Assembly (NCBI RefSeq): GCF_947499935.1
Contig: NZ_CANMQH010000015.1
Length of the DNA stretch: 64,000 nt
DNA from: an uncultured Algibacter sp.
Lineage (GTDB): Bacteria > Bacteroidota > Bacteroidia > Flavobacteriales > Flavobacteriaceae
Reading direction: 5' to 3' (one strand)
A program made the position numbers and the translations under genes. The notes under the pieces were generated by a model. It was not told the origin of the DNA. It saw only the letters and a program-made list of their open reading frames with translations, and did not search any database. Below are positions 28,483 to 39,629 of this stretch, piece by piece (within the stretch, counting starts at the first letter, position 1; the number at the start of each line of letters is the position of its first letter).

Positions 28483-31100
28483 TACATTATAAATTCTTTT
28501 TATTAGTATGTTTTTTAAGTACATTCGCTTATTCACAGCAAGTAAATCGTATAGACGTTTTAGAAAACCAGTCTTTGCCTGAAATTATCGAAGCTTTTAA
28601 AAATCAATATCAATTTGATTTTTCTTATGATGTTGAGGCGATTAAAAACATAAAACTTGATGTGGATTCGGGATCCATTTCTATGGATGCATTGATGGTA
28701 TTGATAAAAAAGCAAACTCAATTTATATTACATAAAGTTGATGACTATAGCTATATTTTAATTGATAATGATAAAACCATAGATATATGTGGCTTTGTAA
28801 TAGATTCAATAGATACTTTTAAGTTACCCGAGGCTACAATTATAAAAGCTAAAAAAGTTATTAAACTTACAGACTCGTTAGGATATTTTAAGTTACAGTT
28901 AAAATCGAGCGATTCTATTTCTATATTACATATAGGCTACGAAACAAAAACAATTAAAGCTTCAGATTTCTCAAATTCAAGTTGTGATACCATTAGATTA
29001 CAACCCGATATACAGATTTTGAATGAGGTGGTAATTAACGAATATCTTACTACAGGAATACAAAAAAATACGGATGCATCTATTAATATATCTACAAAAA
29101 AGCTTAGAATCCTTCCTGGGCTTGTTGAGCCAGATGTTTTACAAAGTTTGCAATTAGTGCCAGGAATAAGTAGCCCAACAGAAGATCCTGCTGGATTACA
29201 TATACGAGGCGGAACCCCAGATCAAAATTTGGTATTATGGGATGGTATAAAAATGTATCAAAGTGGTCACTTTTTTAATCAAATATCAACATTTAATCCA
29301 TACATCGTTAAAAATGTAAAAGTATATAAAGGAGGTACAAGTGTACGTTATGGAGATCGCGTTTCTGGAGTTGTAGAAATTGAATCTGATGATGACTTAA
29401 CCGAAACATTAAAAATAGGAGGAGGGGCTAATTTTACGCATACCGATGTTTTTGCTAAAGTGCCATTGTCAGAAAAAGTTGGAGTTATGGGAGCTTTTCG
29501 TAGATCTACTACTGATATATATCAAAATATAGGATATAATAATCTGGTTAAAAAAGTATTTCAGAATACCAGAGCAGATATTCCTGATGATGATACTAAC
29601 GAAAGATCTAGAGAAGATGATTTTTCTTTTTCTGATGCTAATTTTAAATTAATATGGAACCCTAATGCGAACAATAATTTAAAATTCAGTGCTATACTTG
29701 CAGAAAATAAATTAGATAATACCATTCCTTTAGATAGTACAAATTCTTTTAGTACAAAAGATATTTATAAGATTCGCAATGCAGGAGCTAGTCTTAATTG
29801 GAGAAAAAAATACTCAAATAACATCTCCCAAAAAACAAATTTTTATGTTTCGTCTTATAAGACAAGATATAGTATTGCGAGAAAATTAATTAGTGATGAT
29901 GAGAATCTTAACTATGATTATACCCAAAATAACGATGTAAAAGACATAGGGTTAGAATATAATTTAGAAATTCCTATTACCAAAAAAAAGGCATTAGCAT
30001 TAGGGTATCAATATACTTACAATGAAACAATATATAAAAATAGAGAGGCTATTACGGGAGATGTTGAAGAGGCTATTGATAATTATACAACAGCATATAC
30101 AAATAATCATACACTATATTCTGAATATAAATATAATGGAGAGAAAACTTATTTTAATTTTGGTTTAAGAGGGTCTTATTTAAGTAGAACAAACCAAACT
30201 TTTATTGAGCCTAGAATATTTTCATCTGTAGAAGTTTTTAAGAATTTTAGAATTACAGCTTCGGCAGAATTAAAGAATCAACAACTTAATACTTTTAGTG
30301 ATGCAGGAAGTGTTAGCCCTTCAATACGTGGGCTTCCTGTTACCGATAACATATGGATACTTTCTGGCGAAACTACCAGAGATGAAGAAACTTTTTTTAT
30401 TCCAGTATTAAAAAGCAGACAATTTACTCTTGGTGCTCTATATAGTTATAAAGGTTGGAATTTTGATTTAGAAGGTTACTACAAAAAGTTAATAGATATA
30501 ACAGCAAATAATATTATTTTAGATTTTATATCTTTAAGTGAAGAAAATGATAGAGGCGCTATAGATTTAGGAACAGAAGAACGTATAGGCTTTGATTTTC
30601 TAATTAAAAAGAGAATCCAGAATTACCGCTTTTGGTTGGGCTATTCGCTAAGTAAATCTGTGGTTTCTTTTCCAGCGTTACAGCAAAAATCATATCCTGG
30701 TAATTTTAATCGTCCGCACGAGTTCAATATCTCTCAAACATTAAAAATTAATAATTTTGAATTTGCTTTAGGTTGGAATTATGCTACGGGAACTCCCTTT
30801 ACAAAGCTTATACCAGATGAAAATAGCTTTGCAGGCAGAATGATTGACCCAAATGGAATTAATGCCAAAAGATTTAAAGATTATCATAGATTAGATGCTT
30901 CAGCGGTGTATCGATTTAATTTTAAAACAAAAAAAACATGGGGTGGGATGATTGGTTTCTCATTACGTAATATTTATAATCGAAAAAACACGATTAATCA
31001 AGGGTTTATTGAGGTTGGTGAAGATGATATCATGATTGATACTTTTGAAAGAAAGTCATTACGACTTACACCAGATATGGTTATACGTTTTAATTTTTAG
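28479..31100 (+). CDS. TonB-dependent receptor with N-terminal signalling (STN-like) and carboxypeptidase-regulatory-like domains
   Basis: GTG start overlapping the fecR stop (GTGA). Plug-domain motifs (LQLVPGISS, GGTPDQNLVLWDGIKMY), a long beta-barrel and a terminal ...MVIRFNF. Confidence 0.85.
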   Translation: MIHYKFFLLVCFLSTFAYSQQVNRIDVLENQSLPEIIEAFKNQYQFDFSYDVEAIKNIKLDVDSGSISMDALMVLIKKQTQFILHKVDDYSYILIDNDKTIDICGFVIDSIDTFKLPEATIIKAKKVIKLTDSLGYFKLQLKSSDSISILHIGYETKTIKASDFSNSSCDTIRLQPDIQILNEVVINEYLTTGIQKNTDASINISTKKLRILPGLVEPDVLQSLQLVPGISSPTEDPAGLHIRGGTPDQNLVLWDGIKMYQSGHFFNQISTFNPYIVKNVKVYKGGTSVRYGDRVSGVVEIESDDDLTETLKIGGGANFTHTDVFAKVPLSEKVGVMGAFRRSTTDIYQNIGYNNLVKKVFQNTRADIPDDDTNERSREDDFSFSDANFKLIWNPNANNNLKFSAILAENKLDNTIPLDSTNSFSTKDIYKIRNAGASLNWRKKYSNNISQKTNFYVSSYKTRYSIARKLISDDENLNYDYTQNNDVKDIGLEYNLEIPITKKKALALGYQYTYNETIYKNREAITGDVEEAIDNYTTAYTNNHTLYSEYKYNGEKTYFNFGLRGSYLSRTNQTFIEPRIFSSVEVFKNFRITASAELKNQQLNTFSDAGSVSPSIRGLPVTDNIWILSGETTRDEETFFIPVLKSRQFTLGALYSYKGWNFDLEGYYKKLIDITANNIILDFISLSEENDRGAIDLGTEERIGFDFLIKKRIQNYRFWLGYSLSKSVVSFPALQQKSYPGNFNRPHEFNISQTLKINNFEFALGWNYATGTPFTKLIPDENSFAGRMIDPNGINAKRFKDYHRLDASAVYRFNFKTKKTWGGMIGFSLRNIYNRKNTINQGFIEVGEDDIMIDTFERKSLRLTPDMVIRFNF

Positions 31101-31112
31101 TATGTAAAGCCT

Positions 31113-31346
31113 TTATTTTTCTTTATCAGGCACAGGATCAAACCCAGAACCGCCCCAAGGATGACAACTAAAAACACGTTTTATGGCTAACCAGCTACCT
31201 TTAAATAAACCGTGTTTTTTTAAGGCTTCTTTAGAGTAATGAGAGCATGTTGGATGGTATCTACATGTTGCAGGCGTTAATGGAGATATAAATGATTGGT
31301 ACAGGTATATCAAAAATAAAAAAGGAGCTATGAGAATTTTTTTCAT
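31113..31346 (-). CDS. yidD: membrane protein insertion efficiency factor YidD
   Basis: 77 aa carrying [15 protein letters not shown]...[12 protein letters not shown], the YidD signature. Confidence 0.9.
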   Translation of the reverse strand: MKKILIAPFLFLIYLYQSFISPLTPATCRYHPTCSHYSKEALKKHGLFKGSWLAIKRVFSCHPWGGSGFDPVPDKEK

Positions 31347-31374
31347 ACGTTACAAAAAATCTCTTTTTAAGGGC

Positions 31375-32856
31375 TTAAGACGAACTAAACGTAGTTCCGT
31401 CTTTGCCATCTTTTAATTGAATACCAACGTCTGCTAATTCGTCTCTAATTTTATCAGACAAAGCAAAATCTTTGTTGGCTCTAGCATCTTGTCTTAATTT
31501 TATTAAGATATCTACAGCGCCAGTAAGTTTATCGGTTCCAGATTCTGTTTTAGTAGTATTTTCTAAACCAAGAACATCAAAAATAAAGATATGTATAGTC
31601 TGTTTTAGTGTTAATAAGTCTTCTTCATTTACACTAGCTAAACCCTCTTTTATTTGATTAATATATTTTACAGCTTCAAATAAATGCGCTATTAAAATAG
31701 GAGAATTAAAATCGTCGTTCATGGCATCGTAACATTTCTGTTTCCATGCGTTTATATCTAACGTAGATTTTTCTGAAGCCTTTATATTATCAAGAATATT
31801 AAGCCCTTCCATGAGTCTGTAAAACCCTTTTTCGCTTGCTAATAGACCATCATCTGTAAGGTCTAAAACACTTCTGTAAGACGATTGTGCTATAAAAAAC
31901 CGAATAACACTAGGCGCATAGGCTTTACTGAAAAATTTATTATTTCCAGACAATAATTCGTCTGGATTTACCGTATTGCCAGTACTTTTGGACATACGCT
32001 GTCCATTTAGTTCTAACATGTTAGCGTGCATCCAGTAATTTACAGGAGATTTTCCTTTAGCAGCTTCATTTTGAGCAATTTCACACTCATGATGTGGAAA
32101 TTTTAAATCCATACCACCACCATGTATATCAAATTGTTCGCCTAAATATTTAGTACTCATAGCGGTACACTCTAAATGCCATCCAGGAAAGCCATCGCTC
32201 CAAGGGGATGGCCAGCGCATTATATGCTCTGGTTCGGCTTTTTTCCAAAGTGCAAAATCTTGCGGATTTTTTTTATCGCTTTGCCCATCTAATTCACGTG
32301 TGTTATGAATTAAATCGTCTAATTTACGCTTGCTTAATTTGCCATATTCATTGGTTTCATCAAACTTATGAACATCAAAATACACAGAGCCATTTATTTC
32401 GTAAGCAAATCCGTTTTCAATAATGGTGCTTATTAATTCAATTTGTTCAATGATATGTCCTGTAGCTGTAGGTTCAATACTAGGCGGTAGGAAGTTAAAA
32501 ATATTAAGTATGTTGTGAAAATCGACCGTATAACGCTGTACAACCTCCATAGGCTCTATTTGTTCTAAACGAGCCTTTTTAGTAATCTTGTCTTCTCCAA
32601 CATCGGCATCATTTTCTAAGTGGCCTGCATCTGTTATGTTTCTTACATAACGTACTTTATACCCTAAGTGCCTTAGATAGCGGAAAATCATATCAAAAGA
32701 CATAAAAGTTCTTACATTACCTAAATGCACATTACTATATACTGTTGGGCCACATACATACATACCAACATATCCGTCTTCTATGGGTTGAAACGTTTCT
32801 TTTTTACCAGTTAAGGAGTTAAATAATCGTATCTGTTGGTCTTTATAAATCGGCAT
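31375..32856 (-). CDS. cysS: cysteine--tRNA ligase
   Basis: Class I HIGH-type motif (HLGNVRT) and KMSKS (RMSKSTGN), plus WHLEC and HHECE zinc-site blocks. Confidence 0.95.
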   Translation of the reverse strand: MPIYKDQQIRLFNSLTGKKETFQPIEDGYVGMYVCGPTVYSNVHLGNVRTFMSFDMIFRYLRHLGYKVRYVRNITDAGHLENDADVGEDKITKKARLEQIEPMEVVQRYTVDFHNILNIFNFLPPSIEPTATGHIIEQIELISTIIENGFAYEINGSVYFDVHKFDETNEYGKLSKRKLDDLIHNTRELDGQSDKKNPQDFALWKKAEPEHIMRWPSPWSDGFPGWHLECTAMSTKYLGEQFDIHGGGMDLKFPHHECEIAQNEAAKGKSPVNYWMHANMLELNGQRMSKSTGNTVNPDELLSGNNKFFSKAYAPSVIRFFIAQSSYRSVLDLTDDGLLASEKGFYRLMEGLNILDNIKASEKSTLDINAWKQKCYDAMNDDFNSPILIAHLFEAVKYINQIKEGLASVNEEDLLTLKQTIHIFIFDVLGLENTTKTESGTDKLTGAVDILIKLRQDARANKDFALSDKIRDELADVGIQLKDGKDGTTFSSS

Positions 32857-32957
32857 TTAGTAAAAGGTATGTATTAAATAATTATTTGTTATTAAATTAT
32901 TGTTTATGAGAAGTTTAATCCTTGATTAATGTTGTTTTGTGTTTTAAATTAATACGC

Positions 32958-33635
32958 TTAAAACGTAGTATCTAATTTTATATAATCTAAAAATTCTCTA
33001 CGTGTAGATTCTTCTTTAAATTTACCACCAAATTCTGAGGTTACTGTGCTACTTTCTATATCTCTAATACCTCTTGAGTTGACACATAAATGCTTGGCAT
33101 CAATAACACAAGCCACATCTTTAGTATTTAAAACGTCTTGAAGCTCTTTTACAATTTGTATGGTTAATCGTTCTTGTACTTGAGGACGTTTAGAAAAATA
33201 ATCTACGATACGATTCATTTTAGACAAACCAACTACAGTACCATTAGAAATATAAGCAACATGTGCTCTTCCTACTATGGGAAGCAAATGGTGTTCGCAA
33301 GTAGAATATACAGTAATATTTTTTTCGACAAGCATTTCTCCATACTTATACTTATTATCAAATGTGGATGCTTTAGGCTTTTTCTTAGGATCTAGACCAC
33401 CAAAAATTTCTTTAACAAACATTTTAGCAACACGGTTTGGAGTGCCACTAAGGCTATCATCATTTAAATCCAAACCTAAAGTTTCCATAATATGGCGAAC
33501 ATCATCTTTAATAATGTCTATTTTTTCATCGTTAGAAAGTTTAAAAGCATCATGTCGCATAGGCGTATCAGAAGATGTTCCAATATGATCTTCTCCAAGG
33601 GCATCAAAATTTTCTAAGTTGTTGTCGAACTTCAT
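32958..33635 (-). CDS. folE: GTP cyclohydrolase I
   Basis: Has the FolE signature blocks GTPNRVAKM, YSTCEHHLLP and QVQERLT. A caaagata box (reverse complement TAtcTTTG) lies at 33661-33668, upstream on the minus strand. Confidence 0.95.
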   Translation of the reverse strand: MKFDNNLENFDALGEDHIGTSSDTPMRHDAFKLSNDEKIDIIKDDVRHIMETLGLDLNDDSLSGTPNRVAKMFVKEIFGGLDPKKKPKASTFDNKYKYGEMLVEKNITVYSTCEHHLLPIVGRAHVAYISNGTVVGLSKMNRIVDYFSKRPQVQERLTIQIVKELQDVLNTKDVACVIDAKHLCVNSRGIRDIESSTVTSEFGGKFKEESTRREFLDYIKLDTTF

Positions 33636-33865
33636 TATTATTAAGTCAAAATTTAGTTTGCAAAGATAAGCATTTATGTTTTTCCTTGTTTTTTGTTAGT
33701 AAACATTTAATAAAATTAATTTGTTAAAATAATAGTTGTTTAATTATTTCATTAAAATTATGAAGTGATTAAGGATTTTAATTTATTATAACAACAGTAG
33801 CGTTAAATGTTTATATATTTGAAACAATTTATTAGTTAATATTAGGTGCTCCAAAAAAGTGTTAT

Positions 33866-36800
33866 ATGATAAAAATATTACAAATATTGCCATTTTTTGT
33901 AATTCTAAATATATTTTCTCAAACATGTCAAACTATTGATACACAAATTGATAGCTCTGTGCCTATGCGAGATGTTAATAACCTAATTAGGGTTTGTAAA
34001 GGCGATTTGATTACATTAAATGGTAGTGCTGTTTTTTCAGATAATAATGTTGGGGCGTTATATACTTGGGAACTTGGTAATGGAGATATACTTACAGGTA
34101 CTTCTGTTAGTTTTTCCTATGATCAACCTGGTATATATATTGTTAACTTATTAATTAATGGCACTATGCCAACACGATGCGATACGTCTGTTAATGTAAG
34201 TCAAGTGATTCAAGTTTCAGACCGCCCAAATTTTGATGGTACAGTCGCCGCAAAACCAGTATTGTGTTTTGGAGAATCTACAACCATTACGGGCCTTGTA
34301 ACGCCAGTAGAGGTTGCTTTTAATTGTGCCCCACCTGTAGGAACAACTACAACTTTGCCAGATGGTGAGGATAGAGCTTATGAAACTTCGGTATTTGTAG
34401 ATTGTTATGCTCCAGATTTGCGTTTAACCAGTGTAGATCAAATAGCCAGTATTTGTTTAAATTTAGAGCATTCTTTTATTGGCGATTTAGATATTGAAAT
34501 AATTTCGCCAAATGGGCAACGCGTAACGATGCTAAGCAGTAGTGCTGGTAATTCTGCTAATTTGGGAACACCTTGGGCTACTGCTATGATTGATGGTAAT
34601 AGCTCTAATAGGACACCTGGTATAGGAAGTCAATATTGTTTTCTCCCAGATAGATCTTTGCCTACTTTGATTGAAGGAATTCGTTCGGGAGGTGTTTTTA
34701 TTAGTGGAAATGGACCTGATACGTATATTGATGATTTTGTGCCTGCTGGTAATTATAAATCTTTATTTGCATTAGATGGTTTATTAGGGTCTCCTTTAAA
34801 CGGAGAATGGAAAATAAGTATTACTGATAATTTTGCAGCTGATAATGGTAATATCTTTGAATGGAGAATTGATTTTGATTCTAGCATCTTACCTAGTGAT
34901 TTTTCTGTAACTCCAGCAATATCCTCTGAAGCTTGGGATACAGACCCTTCTATAATTAATGTTAGTGGTAATATTATAACTGTTAAGCCAACAGTAGTTG
35001 GAAACCATTGCTATACGTACAGAGTGATTGATGAGTTTGGCTGTGAGTATATGCAAGAAGTATGTATAGACATGTTAAAAGATGTTTTAATTGAAACACT
35101 ACCAGAAAATATATTTTTATGTGATTTAGGAGCAAATGGAGAAGAAGTCTTTGATTTTTCTAATAATGAAAATTTAATTAGAGGTATGCAACCAGCCTCT
35201 GAGGTTGAGATTTCTTATTACGCAACAGAAAATGATGCTCTAAACAATTCTAATAGATTAACATTGCCTCATACGAGTAATTTACCTGTTAAAACGATAT
35301 GGGTGAGAATAGCAGATATAACCCAAACATGTTTTGAAATCACGAGTTTTGATATCCATGTTTTAGATATCCCTATTGCAAATACACCAGTACCATTTGA
35401 ATTATGTGATGATAATTTAGATGGTAACGATACCAATGGTCGTGTTCGTTTTGACTTATCTTTAAAAATTCCCGAAGTATTAGGAAGTTTAAACACGTCA
35501 AGTTTTCAAGTTACATTTTATGGGTCACAAGCAGAGGCTGATTTGGGTGCTTTAGGTACTAATATAACAATGCCCATATCTAATACAACAAACCCGCAAA
35601 CTATATATGCTAGAGTAGAAAATAGAATAAACACAAGCTGTTTCGATACCACATCGTTTAACCTTAAAGTAAACCCATTGCCAGTTACAGCTAATTCTGT
35701 AATTTTAACGCAATGTGATGATGATGTAGATGGTATTTCAGCATTTAATTTAACTGAAGCAAATTCATTAATATCTACAAATCATATTAACGAAACATTT
35801 ACTTACTATACATCTAATAGTGATGCTGAAACTGGTTTAGCGGCTAATCAAATTCCAAATCCTATAGCATATCAAAATACAATACCAAGAACAGGAAGTA
35901 CTGTTTTTGCTAGAGTAGAAACATCCATTGGTTGTTATAAAGTATCAAGAATAAATCTAGTTGTTGGTACATCTCAAGTGCCTGCAACATTTAATGCTAT
36001 TCAATATTTTGCCTGTGATACTAAAGATGTTGATAATGATAATACTAATGGCATAGCTTCATTCGATTTTAGTGATGCAGAACAAACCATACGAAACTTG
36101 TTCCCTACACCACAAAACTTTACACTAACTTACTATGTTAATGAGTCCGATGCTTTGGCAGAAATAAGCCCTATAATAAATATTAGTAACTACAGAAATG
36201 AATCATCTCCGTTTGTGCAAAATATATATGTAAGAATAGATAGTGATGATGTAAATGCTTGTATAGGGCTGGGGCAATATATTACACTTAATGTTAGTCG
36301 TTTACCTGAGAATAACAGTATTACAAATTATATAGAATGTAGTAATACCAATGTAGCTACTTATAATCTGAGTACTAAAACATCAGAAGTTATAGGTACT
36401 CAAACACGACCCATAGTTGTTAGTTATCATGAAAGCGAACTAGACGCTATAAATAACATTGCTATACCAACTCCTAATGCTTATACATCCACATCGGGTA
36501 CAACCATATATGTTAGGGCTCAATATGACGACAATAATAATGGTATTCTAGATAATAATGAATGCGTAAGTACTGAAATGTCTTTTAACTTAGAAACTAT
36601 TCCTAACCCAATTGTTTTTACACCAGATGACATTATACTTTGTAATAATCAATTGAATACTGTCTATGACTTAACAATTCGTGAAAACCAAATTACAGGA
36701 GGAGATACAGATATTACGTTGTCTTATTACCAATCCCAAACAGATCTAGATAATAATAACCCTATTACAAATCCTAAAAATTACAGTACCGCAGTAGCTA

Positions 36801-37975
36801 ATAGTACAATTAAAATATTAGCTACAGGATTAAATATGTGTGCTATTTCGTCGTTAGATTTGCAGTTAAATACTATTATTTTTGATGCATTAAATATTAA
36901 CCCTTTGCCTTTGGAAGAATGTGAAGTAGATAATAATGGTTTTGATGATTTTGATTTAACTCGAACGGAAAGTGAGATTTTAAATGGGTTAAATACTGTA
37001 GATTTTACATTTAAATATTACCAAAATAAGATAGATGCAGAGGCAGGGAATTCAAATTTTATTATAAACCCTTCTAGTTTTGAAAATACGCAAAGTGTTA
37101 CGCAAACACTTTATGTTAGAGTTACACCTGCAGCCAACATATGTTTTCAGATTGCAGAATTGCCCTTAATAGTTAACCCTGTACCAGAAATTCAAATTGC
37201 TGAAAAATATGTTATTTGCTTAGCTCCTGATGATACTATAATAGCTCCCGAAAGTGGTGCTGTTTTAATAGATCAAATACCCATAGATACTAAGTTGAGT
37301 AATTTAGATTACAGTTTTGAGTGGTATAGAGGTTCAGAAATCGTTCCTGCGAATTTGATTTTAGGAGAAAATGCTCCAAGCTTTTCACCAACAGATCCTG
37401 GAGAATATACTGTTATAGCCACAAATTTAGTATCTGGTTGTACAATACCAGCAAGTACTACACTTATTGGGTCTTATCCGCCAGAAAGTATCTTAACAGA
37501 AGTTAAAACAGATGCTTTTTCAAGTAACAATATTATTGAGGTTACAGTAACAGGTAATGGAGAATATGAATTTAGATTAGATCAAGGGTCTTGGCAAGAA
37601 TCATCTACGTTTCAAAATGTACCTGGAGGGGAGCATATTGTTAGCGTACGAGATGTATATAACTGTAATGTATTAAATTCTCAATCTATTACTATAATTG
37701 ATTATCCTAGATTTTTTACTCCAAATGGAGATGGTATACATGATACTTGGCAGATTTCTGGAATTTCAAATCAAAATAATACTAAAATAAATATCTATGA
37801 TAGATTTGGTAAGCTTTTAAAACAATTAAATCCTAATGGAAGTAGAGGGTGGGATGGTACTTTTAATGGCGATTTATTACCTGCGGATGATTATTGGTTT
37901 ACAGTAGAATTTAATGATATAAATCAAAATAACACAAGGAAAATTTTTAAAGCCCATTTTACGCTTAAAAGATAG
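33866..37975 (+). CDS. large T9SS-secreted surface protein: PKD-like region, proprotein-convertase P-domain, 7 divergent ~95-aa repeats, T9SS type-B (gliding-motility) C-terminal sorting domain
   Basis: Signal peptide; P-domain motif LEHSFIGDLDIEIISPNGQRVTML at about nt 34388-34885; repeats at about nt 35111-37189; C-terminal FFTPNGDGIHDTWQI...YWFTVEF...FKAHFTLKR at nt 37700-37972. A TAtaTTTG box lies at 33814-33821. Confidence 0.85.
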   Translation: MIKILQILPFFVILNIFSQTCQTIDTQIDSSVPMRDVNNLIRVCKGDLITLNGSAVFSDNNVGALYTWELGNGDILTGTSVSFSYDQPGIYIVNLLINGTMPTRCDTSVNVSQVIQVSDRPNFDGTVAAKPVLCFGESTTITGLVTPVEVAFNCAPPVGTTTTLPDGEDRAYETSVFVDCYAPDLRLTSVDQIASICLNLEHSFIGDLDIEIISPNGQRVTMLSSSAGNSANLGTPWATAMIDGNSSNRTPGIGSQYCFLPDRSLPTLIEGIRSGGVFISGNGPDTYIDDFVPAGNYKSLFALDGLLGSPLNGEWKISITDNFAADNGNIFEWRIDFDSSILPSDFSVTPAISSEAWDTDPSIINVSGNIITVKPTVVGNHCYTYRVIDEFGCEYMQEVCIDMLKDVLIETLPENIFLCDLGANGEEVFDFSNNENLIRGMQPASEVEISYYATENDALNNSNRLTLPHTSNLPVKTIWVRIADITQTCFEITSFDIHVLDIPIANTPVPFELCDDNLDGNDTNGRVRFDLSLKIPEVLGSLNTSSFQVTFYGSQAEADLGALGTNITMPISNTTNPQTIYARVENRINTSCFDTTSFNLKVNPLPVTANSVILTQCDDDVDGISAFNLTEANSLISTNHINETFTYYTSNSDAETGLAANQIPNPIAYQNTIPRTGSTVFARVETSIGCYKVSRINLVVGTSQVPATFNAIQYFACDTKDVDNDNTNGIASFDFSDAEQTIRNLFPTPQNFTLTYYVNESDALAEISPIINISNYRNESSPFVQNIYVRIDSDDVNACIGLGQYITLNVSRLPENNSITNYIECSNTNVATYNLSTKTSEVIGTQTRPIVVSYHESELDAINNIAIPTPNAYTSTSGTTIYVRAQYDDNNNGILDNNECVSTEMSFNLETIPNPIVFTPDDIILCNNQLNTVYDLTIRENQITGGDTDITLSYYQSQTDLDNNNPITNPKNYSTAVANSTIKILATGLNMCAISSLDLQLNTIIFDALNINPLPLEECEVDNNGFDDFDLTRTESEILNGLNTVDFTFKYYQNKIDAEAGNSNFIINPSSFENTQSVTQTLYVRVTPAANICFQIAELPLIVNPVPEIQIAEKYVICLAPDDTIIAPESGAVLIDQIPIDTKLSNLDYSFEWYRGSEIVPANLILGENAPSFSPTDPGEYTVIATNLVSGCTIPASTTLIGSYPPESILTEVKTDAFSSNNIIEVTVTGNGEYEFRLDQGSWQESSTFQNVPGGEHIVSVRDVYNCNVLNSQSITIIDYPRFFTPNGDGIHDTWQISGISNQNNTKINIYDRFGKLLKQLNPNGSRGWDGTFNGDLLPADDYWFTVEFNDINQNNTRKIFKAHFTLKR

Positions 37976-38009
37976 TATTGAATAATCATCTTACATAATT
38001 ACTTAATAA

Positions 38010-38043
38010 AAAAGCCATAAAACTTTTTAGTCTTATGGCTTTT
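38010..38043. terminator. bidirectional terminator hairpin between convergent genes
   Basis: The sequence is aaaaGCCATAA-12 nt loop-TTATGGCtttt, flanked by an A-run on one side and a T-run on the other. Confidence 0.55.
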
Positions 38044-38071
38044 AAAATATATAATTTGAACAAATTAAGTT

Positions 38072-39601
38072 TTATAAATTAAAACTTAATGATAAAGTAA
38101 TATTAGAATTTTTTCTGTCAATATTAGCCGTTTCAATTAACCCTTGATTAAATAGTGGAGTTTCGAAAGAGCGTTCAGATTGATCATATGTTAAATCTAA
38201 TTTAGTGTTTCCAAAATTACAGCCAATTCCAAGAGAATAGCCATTTAAATCACCTACGGTTACACCGTCAGCATATGGACTTTCTTCAAAACGGTAACCG
38301 CCTCTAAAGCTTAATTGTTTGTGTTTGTATTCGGCACCAATTTTATATGTGGAAGCATCTGTTAATACATCGCTAATACCATCATTTAAGTCATTAAAGT
38401 CAGAATCTGGTCTAAGCTTAGTATTACTATAGTCTTTTTTAGAGTAGTCGAAACTAATTAACCCTTGTTTACCAAATATATATGCTAAACTACCTGTTAT
38501 ATTTGCAGGTGTTTGTATTTTGTATCGAGGAAAAATATTAATTTCATTAGGGTTTATTATCTGAGTAATGTTTGTACCACTATCATTTCCATCAGTAGCT
38601 AAGAATTGAGATGTTTCTTCTTCAATAGTATACCAAGTAGGAGAATCGTATGTTAATCCTACTCTAAATTCGGGACTTAATTTCATTATGCCTCCTAGTT
38701 GAAATGAAAACCCGCTTCCAACTGTAGATAAGTTATTTTCAAATTCTATATTATTAATTATTGATCCTGCATTAGAATTGTTTTCAAATAATAAGGTTGA
38801 GCGATCATAACTAATAAAATGTGAATTAAGGTTTAATCCTATATATAAATTATCTTCATACTGTGCGGCTATGTTAAATGTAATCTTTCCATTATAACCA
38901 GTAGAAGCATAGTTGTAGTCCTGATTGAAATTTCCAGAAGAAACATTCGAGGTATATAATGTATTGGCATCATCACCAGGATTTTCAGGCTCAAGTATAA
39001 AAGATTCAAACCCTAAAAATGCTTGTTGGTTTGCAAAGCCAAAAGATGAACCAATATCAAAATAAGCATCTGATAATGATTCTGTTGGTCGTGCTGATAT
39101 TTCATCTAATCTTAAACCATCGGCAAAATCAAAAAAGTAGCTTGCAATAGAATTGCTAAACTGACCATCATCATTTGTATTAAGGCCTTCTGCTCTCCAG
39201 TTTTCATCAAAACCATTCGTTTTGTCGTAGTTTACAGCTAACGTTATTTTACGCCAAGATGAGTTATTGCTTTCAAAAACAAAAACAGCACCTAATTGAT
39301 TAATTCCAAAATCAGAATCGTTATTATTATTGGTGCCATCAAAATATTGTGTTTTATTTTTTATGCCTAGACTAGACCCCGTAACCGAAGCATGGCTTCT
39401 AGTAAATACAGCGGAACTAGCAGGGTTTAAGCTTACAGCACTTAAATCGCCTCCTAATGCTCCAAAAGCTCCGCTTAAGGCTCTAAAACGAGCTGTACCT
39501 TGAATTTCGCTTTGCGAAAATCTTAATGCATCACTAATATCTTGTGCATAAATAGAAGACATAGAGAACACTGCTATGAATAGCAAATTTAACTTTTTCA
39601 T
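38072..39601 (-). CDS. FadL/OmpP1-like outer-membrane beta-barrel protein
   Basis: Signal peptide and an N-terminal GTARFRALSGAFGALGGDLSAVSLNPAS block typical of Bacteroidota FadL-like barrels, with a terminal ...LSLSFNL. Confidence 0.6.
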   Translation of the reverse strand: MKKLNLLFIAVFSMSSIYAQDISDALRFSQSEIQGTARFRALSGAFGALGGDLSAVSLNPASSAVFTRSHASVTGSSLGIKNKTQYFDGTNNNNDSDFGINQLGAVFVFESNNSSWRKITLAVNYDKTNGFDENWRAEGLNTNDDGQFSNSIASYFFDFADGLRLDEISARPTESLSDAYFDIGSSFGFANQQAFLGFESFILEPENPGDDANTLYTSNVSSGNFNQDYNYASTGYNGKITFNIAAQYEDNLYIGLNLNSHFISYDRSTLLFENNSNAGSIINNIEFENNLSTVGSGFSFQLGGIMKLSPEFRVGLTYDSPTWYTIEEETSQFLATDGNDSGTNITQIINPNEINIFPRYKIQTPANITGSLAYIFGKQGLISFDYSKKDYSNTKLRPDSDFNDLNDGISDVLTDASTYKIGAEYKHKQLSFRGGYRFEESPYADGVTVGDLNGYSLGIGCNFGNTKLDLTYDQSERSFETPLFNQGLIETANIDRKNSNITLSLSFNL

Positions 39602-39629
39602 ATATCGTTATGTTTTTATTTAATACTAT

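Noticed and set aside
38072-39601. The FadL-like barrel as the PorP/SprF partner of the adjacent T9SS type-B cargo
   Set aside because: It is convergent with the cargo gene and separated from it by a terminator. It is much longer than PorP/SprF proteins and lacks their N-terminal pattern. It is instead co-oriented and tightly linked with the RS-tail lipoprotein gene.
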